Assembly (NCBI GenBank): GCA_965221165.1
Contig: CBDCRP010000002.1
Span: forward strand, 384,001-448,000
Reading direction: 5' to 3'
DNA from: a bacterium
GTDB lineage: Bacteria; UBA8248
DNA: 64,000 nucleotides
Below, in pieces: positions 58,331-64,000 of this stretch. Each line of letters starts with the position of its first letter. Within the stretch, counting starts at the first letter, position 1. Both the position numbers and the translations under genes were made by a program. Below the pieces are notes generated by a model. It worked only from the letters and a program-made list of their open reading frames with translations, ran no database searches and was not told the DNA's origin.

Positions 58331-60658
58331 ATGCCCGACGGGCGGGATGGAGTGGAAAAACGTCACCATAGCTCCCATTGGGGCGCATTCCGGGCGCATG
58401 TGCGCGATGGCCGCATGGTGGGTTTCGAGCCGTTCGCCAAGGACCCGGCGCCCTCACCCATCCTCGAATCGATCCAGGACGCCGTCTATGACGAAAGCCG
58501 CGTGTCCCAGCCGATGATCCGCGCCGGCTGGCTCGAAGGCGGCCCCGGCAAAAAGACCGAAGGACGCGGCGGCGAGCCTTTCGTGCCCGTCTCCTGGGAT
58601 GTAGCCCTCGGGATGGTCGCCGACGAAGTCAAGCGCATCAAAACCGAACACGGGAACGAGTCCATCTTCGCCGGTTCATACGGCTGGGCGAGCGCGGGCC
58701 GCTTTCATCATGCGAACACACTGGTGAAGAGATTCTTCAACTGCTGCGGCGGCTTTACGGATCAGGTGACCACCTACAGCATCGCCGCCGGATACGTCAT
58801 CCTCCCCCACGTTCTGGGGGACAATACCGCCTGCTCGGGTCCCATCACGACGTGGGACAGCATCGCGCAAGACTCCGGGCTGTTCGTAATGTTCGGCGGC
58901 GTCCCGATCAAGAACACGCAGGTGGCCTCAGGAGGCGCAGGAGAACACACCCTGACGCTTTGGCTCGAAAGGGCGAAGGCGAACGGCGTGGAATTCGTGA
59001 ACGTAAGCCCATTGAAAGACGATGCGCCCGATTTTCTGGACGCCCAGTGGCTCGCCGTGCGTCCCAACACGGACGTGGCCCTGATGCTCGGTCTCGCCCA
59101 TACGCTTTGGGATGAGAATTTGCACGATACGGATTTCCTCGCGCGCTATAGCGTGGGTTTCGAAAAATTCGAAGCCTACCTGACGGGCAAAATCGACGGC
59201 CAGCCCAAGAACGCGGACTGGGCGGCCCGGATTACAGGTATCGAGGCGGACGTCATTCGAAGTCTCGCCCGGCGCATGGGGTCCACGAGAACCATGCTCA
59301 ACACCAACTGGTCGCTCCAGCGCGGGGATCACGGAGAGCAGACGTTCTGGATGACCACCACGCTCGCCGCCATGCTCGGGCAAATCGGCTTGCCCGGTGG
59401 CGGCTTCGGTTTCGGCTACGGGAGCATGGGCGGGCGCGGGACCCCGCGTGAGAACATCTCATCGCCCAACATGAAGGCCGGGAAAAACCCGACGGGCAGC
59501 TTCATCCCAGTCGCCCGCATCGCGGACATGATGCTCTATCCGGGCGAGGAATATGATTTCAACGGCGAACGCCTCACCTACCCGGACATCCGAATGGTGT
59601 ACTGGTGCGGGGGCAATCCCTTCCATCACCATCAGGATTTGAATCGCCTCGTGAAGGCGTGGCAAAGGCCTGAGACCATCGTCGTTCACGATCCCTGGTG
59701 GACTTCCACGGCGCGCCATGCGGACATCGTGCTGCCCGCCACCACCACGCTCGAGCGCAACGACATCGGGTCGAGTTCGAGGGATCGCTTCATCCTCGCC
59801 ATGCACAAGGTAATTGAGCCAGTCGGCGAGGCACGGCATGATTTCGATATTTTCTCAGGTCTGGCCGAGCGTCTGGGGTTCAATTCCGAATTCACCGAGG
59901 GGCGCGACGAGATGGAATGGCTCGAACGCCTTTATGAGGAAGCGCGACAGAAGGCCGCCGCAAAAGGCGTGGTTCTCGACACCTTTGAGCATTTCTGGGA
60001 GAGCGGCCACACCGAAGTCGCCCCGCCGGAGACGCCGCACATTTATCTGGCCGATTTCAGGGAAAACCCGGAGAACAACCCGCTCAAGACGCCTTCCGGG
60101 AAAATCGAGATATATTCCGAGCGCATCGAGAGCTTCCGGTACCCGGATTGCCCGCCCCACCCCGCCTGGCTCGAACCCGTCGAATGGCTGGGAAGCGAAC
60201 TGGCGGAAAAATTCCCGCTGCACATGATCTCGAATCAGCCCCGCACGAGACTCCATGGCCAGATGGACAACGGGGCCATCAGCCTCAAAAGCAAGGTTCA
60301 CGGTAGGGAACCTGTATGGATTCATCCCGATGACGCCGCCGCACGGGGAATTCACGACGGAGACGTCGTCAGAATTTTCAACGAGCGCGGAGCTATCCTC
60401 GCGGGAGCCGTCATCACCGAGGGGCTGCTCCCGGGCGTCATACAACTCTCCACGGGCGCCTGGTACGACCCGCAGGAGCCAGGGAGAATCGGGGCGCTCG
60501 ACAAGCACGGAAACCCCAACGTATTGACGCCCGACAAGGGAACTTCCAGTCTGGGCCAGGGCCCGAGCGCGCACAGCGCGCTGGTGGAGATGGAGCGCTA
60601 CGAGGAAGAGCTTCCCGAGATCACGGTATTTCAACCCCCATCCTTCATTGAGGCGTAA
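58331..60658 (+). CDS. Bis-MGD molybdoenzyme, biotin/methionine sulfoxide reductase (BisC)-like
   Basis: SHWGAF, GSYGW, TYS (Ser ligand), GGNPFHHHQD, RLHGQ; no Fe-S cysteine cluster and no twin-arginine leader. Confidence 0.85.
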   Translation: MPDGRDGVEKRHHSSHWGAFRAHVRDGRMVGFEPFAKDPAPSPILESIQDAVYDESRVSQPMIRAGWLEGGPGKKTEGRGGEPFVPVSWDVALGMVADEVKRIKTEHGNESIFAGSYGWASAGRFHHANTLVKRFFNCCGGFTDQVTTYSIAAGYVILPHVLGDNTACSGPITTWDSIAQDSGLFVMFGGVPIKNTQVASGGAGEHTLTLWLERAKANGVEFVNVSPLKDDAPDFLDAQWLAVRPNTDVALMLGLAHTLWDENLHDTDFLARYSVGFEKFEAYLTGKIDGQPKNADWAARITGIEADVIRSLARRMGSTRTMLNTNWSLQRGDHGEQTFWMTTTLAAMLGQIGLPGGGFGFGYGSMGGRGTPRENISSPNMKAGKNPTGSFIPVARIADMMLYPGEEYDFNGERLTYPDIRMVYWCGGNPFHHHQDLNRLVKAWQRPETIVVHDPWWTSTARHADIVLPATTTLERNDIGSSSRDRFILAMHKVIEPVGEARHDFDIFSGLAERLGFNSEFTEGRDEMEWLERLYEEARQKAAAKGVVLDTFEHFWESGHTEVAPPETPHIYLADFRENPENNPLKTPSGKIEIYSERIESFRYPDCPPHPAWLEPVEWLGSELAEKFPLHMISNQPRTRLHGQMDNGAISLKSKVHGREPVWIHPDDAAARGIHDGDVVRIFNERGAILAGAVITEGLLPGVIQLSTGAWYDPQEPGRIGALDKHGNPNVLTPDKGTSSLGQGPSAHSALVEMERYEEELPEITVFQPPSFIEA

Positions 60659-62050
60659 ATGTCCAAAAAATTCTGCTCAGACCACGCAAAATGGCCCCGA
60701 TGTGTATCGGGGGGGCCTTTCCTGTTCTTCAGCGGGCAGATGGGGATGCACCAGAAAACGGGGAACATCTGCACCAAATACGTCGAAATCGGAGACAAAG
60801 GACCTGCGCGAACCAAGAATTACCCCTGGGTCGACAAGATCGAAGCCCCCATCGGCGCGCAAGCCATCGCCACCTACGAGGGCGTGGGGGAAACGCTCCA
60901 GGCAAAAGGCGGGGGACTGGAAAATCTACTCAGGTTCCATCTGTATCAGCTGGACAAGCGCTTTTTCCCGGTGTTCGACAGCATCAGGCGTCATTACGAA
61001 CCTCAAGACCCAACACCAAGCACCGCCGTGGGCATGGGCGCGTTCGATCCGGAGAGAACCGTGCGCTTCAATATCGACGGCATCGCCCTGAATCCCAAGG
61101 CATCGGAAACTCTAGGGAAAAGAATGGTTCACGAAGGCTCAAAGGCGCATTCGGCCGCCGCTCATTTCTCCCACGTCGTGGGCGCGGGGCCGTACCTTTT
61201 CGTCGCCGGACAGATTCCGACGGATACCTCCAAGCCCGGCTCGCCCCTCATCCGCAACTATCCCGACATTCCTAAAAAGGGGAGATTCCTCTCCGTAGGC
61301 CAGAGCCACGAGGACAGCAGAAACGGCCCCATCGCCGCGCAATCATGGTTCGTCTACGACCTCATCCGGAAGCATCTGGAAGGTTCGGGCTCTTCTCTTA
61401 AAAACATCCTGAACCTCACCGTCTATCTCCAGGACATGCGCGATTTCCCCACCTTTCACCGCATCCACGAGAGGTTTTTTCCAGAAGATCCGCCCGCCCT
61501 CACGGTGATGCAGGTGGCGGAAGTCGGCCACAAGGGTGAGAAAATCGAAATCGAACCCACGGCGCTGATGAACAAAGGGAAAATCAAGCGCGAGGTGATT
61601 CCCGGGGATGAAGAGTCAGGCGCTCAGATGAGCCTCGGGATAGCGGCGGGCGGCGTGTTGTTCCTCTCGAACCTCGTCGGTCTGAACGGAGACGGGGAAC
61701 CGATTAGCAAAAGAAGTGAATTGAGGGGAGCACTTCACCGGAAACTGCCGAAAGCGTCTCCTGCATCGGCGAAAAATGTGATTTTCCAGGGGCTGGAGAT
61801 TCTGGATCGGATGGAAAGCGCGATGAAAGCCGCAGACTCCGACATGGGCCGGTTGACGCACCTCACACTGTTTCTCCAGAACATCGCTCACCTCTCGGCG
61901 CTCGAGCCATTGTTCAGAAAGTATTTCCCGAAACGAAGGCCAGCTTTCACCGCGATTCAGATACCCGAACCCTCGCCTATCGCGGGGACGGAAGTCTCGA
62001 TGACGGCCATTGGGTGGATAGGCGACGGCGAACCGGAGATCGTCGCATAA
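60659..62050 (+). CDS. Multi-domain RidA/YjgF family protein (three repeats)
   Basis: Three repeats of [LF/FL..GQ/NL]...[L.N/R....YL/FL]...[FP..PA.T]...[IE/ID/S.A]. Confidence 0.78.
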   Translation: MSKKFCSDHAKWPRCVSGGPFLFFSGQMGMHQKTGNICTKYVEIGDKGPARTKNYPWVDKIEAPIGAQAIATYEGVGETLQAKGGGLENLLRFHLYQLDKRFFPVFDSIRRHYEPQDPTPSTAVGMGAFDPERTVRFNIDGIALNPKASETLGKRMVHEGSKAHSAAAHFSHVVGAGPYLFVAGQIPTDTSKPGSPLIRNYPDIPKKGRFLSVGQSHEDSRNGPIAAQSWFVYDLIRKHLEGSGSSLKNILNLTVYLQDMRDFPTFHRIHERFFPEDPPALTVMQVAEVGHKGEKIEIEPTALMNKGKIKREVIPGDEESGAQMSLGIAAGGVLFLSNLVGLNGDGEPISKRSELRGALHRKLPKASPASAKNVIFQGLEILDRMESAMKAADSDMGRLTHLTLFLQNIAHLSALEPLFRKYFPKRRPAFTAIQIPEPSPIAGTEVSMTAIGWIGDGEPEIVA

Positions 62051-62052
62051 GG

Positions 62053-62952
62053 CTACTCCGTATCGCAGACCCTGTGCCCGGCGAGGTCTTCGATGAGCGT
62101 GGCGAAGCCGCTGTGGTCCAACTCCCCGCGATCCGCAGCCAGGAGCGCCGTGAACATCTGATACAACTGACCCGCCGCCGGTATCGCCACGCCCAAATCG
62201 GCCCCTGCTTCCATGGCGAGGCGCAAGTCCTTGCGATGCAGGCGAATCCGAAAACCCGGAGGATATTCTCCCTTCACCAGATTCGGCCCCCGCAACTCCA
62301 GCACGCGTGACTGCGCAAGGCCGCCGGAAAGCGCGGCAATCATCTTTTCGGGGTTCACGCCCGCTTTGGACCCCAGCACTAAGGCCTCGCTCATCGCGGC
62401 GATGTGGAGTCCCACCATGATCTGATTCGCGATTTTCACGTACCCGCCATCACCCACGTTCTCACCCACGTGGACTATCGTCTTCCCCATAGCCTCGAAG
62501 ACGGGGAGCGCATCTTCAAAATCCGTAACGGCGCCGCCCACCATGATGGAGAGCGTGCCCTCCTTCGCGCCGACGTCGCCTCCACTAACGGGGGCATCGA
62601 GCATGCGCACGCCTTTTTCCGCCAAAGTCCCCGCCACCTTCTTCGAGACGCTGGGAGCGATGGTGCTCATGTCGATGAAGAGAGAATCCTCTTTGGCTCC
62701 TTCGATGACGCCTCCCTCGCCCAGGGCGACGGACTCGACATCCGGCGAATCGGGAAGACAGGTGATGATGACCTCGGCTTTAGAAGCCGCCTCGGATGCG
62801 GAGCCGCAAACAGCAGCCCCTCCTTTTCCCAATTCCTCCAGCGGGGGCTTGCTCCGGTTGTGGACGGCCACCGAATGCCCTGCTTTCAGTAAGTTCAACA
62901 CCATGGGCTTGCCCATGATGCCGGTTCCGATAAAAGCGACGGATCGGCTCAT
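62053..62952 (-). CDS. 2-hydroxy-3-oxopropionate reductase / beta-hydroxyacid dehydrogenase
   Basis: FIGTGIMG, DMSTI, DAPVSGG, KIANQ, PGFRIRLHRKDL, DHS. Confidence 0.9.
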   Translation of the reverse strand: MSRSVAFIGTGIMGKPMVLNLLKAGHSVAVHNRSKPPLEELGKGGAAVCGSASEAASKAEVIITCLPDSPDVESVALGEGGVIEGAKEDSLFIDMSTIAPSVSKKVAGTLAEKGVRMLDAPVSGGDVGAKEGTLSIMVGGAVTDFEDALPVFEAMGKTIVHVGENVGDGGYVKIANQIMVGLHIAAMSEALVLGSKAGVNPEKMIAALSGGLAQSRVLELRGPNLVKGEYPPGFRIRLHRKDLRLAMEAGADLGVAIPAAGQLYQMFTALLAADRGELDHSGFATLIEDLAGHRVCDTE

Positions 62953-63062
62953 CGTCAAAGCCTCCCTTTTTGTATTTTATGAACGAAACAAGACGCAGGC
63001 CGGGATTCCCGAGGTGAGCGCGTAAGCCTTGCGGGCCCTGGCATTATCCGCACTCTAGCAGA

Positions 63063-64000
63063 TTACCCGCCTAGCTGGGACTCCAGCCACCTTGCCGTCC
63101 GCAGAAGCCTGGCGTCGTCTCCCTTCTGCCCCACGAGCTGAACCCCGAGCGGCATCCCGTCCGCCCCCTCCAGCAGAGGAAGCGTTACGGCCGGCGTCCC
63201 GCACAAAGTCCAGATGGTGCAAAAAACCGGATTCCCCGTCGCACCGAGTCCCACAGGCGCCTGCCCCGGCGCAGGCGGTGTGAGTAGGGCGTCGAACCTC
63301 TCGAACATCTCTCCCAGCAAACCGTTCAGCACGGGCACTTTCTCCACCGCCCGGGTGTAATCCACCGCAAGATACTTTTTGCCGCGTTCCATCATCTTGC
63401 GCAGAAGATCGCTTAACTCCTCCTTGCCGCGTTCGTATTCCGCCTCGAAATTACGCGCGAGGTTCGATTCCAGGATGATTTGGTGCCACTCGATCGCGCT
63501 GTTGAAGGGCTCGGGAAGTTCGACTTCCTCCACTATCTCCTCGCCCAGATGCGCCGCCAATTCCTCAAAGGCCGCCTGCGCGTCTTGATCGGCCTGATCC
63601 CAGACGGGCGTTTTCACAAAAGCGAATCGCGGGGTGACCGGAGGCTCCGAGGCGGCGATTTCCAGCAGTCTCGGGGCCGCGCGATGCCGCATATCCGGAT
63701 CGCGTCCGTCAAAGACCATCAACTGATCGCCCAGGAAGGCGACGTCCTCGACCGAGCGTCCGAAAAGACCCACGTGATCGATCGGCCTCGATTGCGGAAG
63801 CACCCCGTAGCGTGAAATCGATGCGAACGTGGGCTTCATGCCGCAGACGCCGCAAAAAGAGGCGGGCCGTATCACGGAGCCGTTCGTCTGGCTCCCCACC
63901 GCCACGGGGACCATATAGGAGGCGACGGAGGCGGCCGAACCACTCGACGAACCGCCGGGCGTGCGCCCTGGGTCGTGGGGGTTCTTCGTCTTGCCGGGAT
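63063..64000 (-). CDS. Amidase signature family enzyme, 5' part outside the window
   Basis: PGKTKNPHDPGRTPGGSSSGSAA...GSQTNGSVIRPASFCG. Confidence 0.9.
   Translation of the reverse strand, partial: PGKTKNPHDPGRTPGGSSSGSAASVASYMVPVAVGSQTNGSVIRPASFCGVCGMKPTFASISRYGVLPQSRPIDHVGLFGRSVEDVAFLGDQLMVFDGRDPDMRHRAAPRLLEIAASEPPVTPRFAFVKTPVWDQADQDAQAAFEELAAHLGEEIVEEVELPEPFNSAIEWHQIILESNLARNFEAEYERGKEELSDLLRKMMERGKKYLAVDYTRAVEKVPVLNGLLGEMFERFDALLTPPAPGQAPVGLGATGNPVFCTIWTLCGTPAVTLPLLEGADGMPLGVQLVGQKGDDARLLRTARWLESQLGG

Overview
GC-rich bacterial chromosomal segment packed with catabolic and transport genes: a CoA-transferase, a form II coxSLM-like molybdoenzyme, two ABC systems plus znuABC/zur, acyl-CoA enzymes, prpE, acuI, luciferase-like/F420-type oxidoreductases, cupins, amidases and a BisC-like Mo-enzyme, plus tRNA-Leu(TAA). 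I saw no integrase, transposase, phage or CRISPR genes. The main signals missed by the ORF track are four. (1) An AhpD-like gene is split by an in-frame TGA that completes a CxxU motif and is followed by a SECIS-like hairpin, so it is a probable selenoprotein. (2) About a dozen short hairpins share a fixed-length 13-nt purine-rich loop but have different, self-complementary stems; I saw them only in two REP-rich intergenic regions (27.4-28.4 kb and 38.6-39.1 kb). (3) A 424-bp MITE with 14-bp terminal inverted repeats and a 5-bp target duplication sits inside one of those hairpins. (4) Several enzymes have non-canonical catalytic motifs (a LeuC/LeuD-like pair, a three-domain RidA, M20 and M14 peptidases). 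All calls come from reading motifs by eye; no database search was run.
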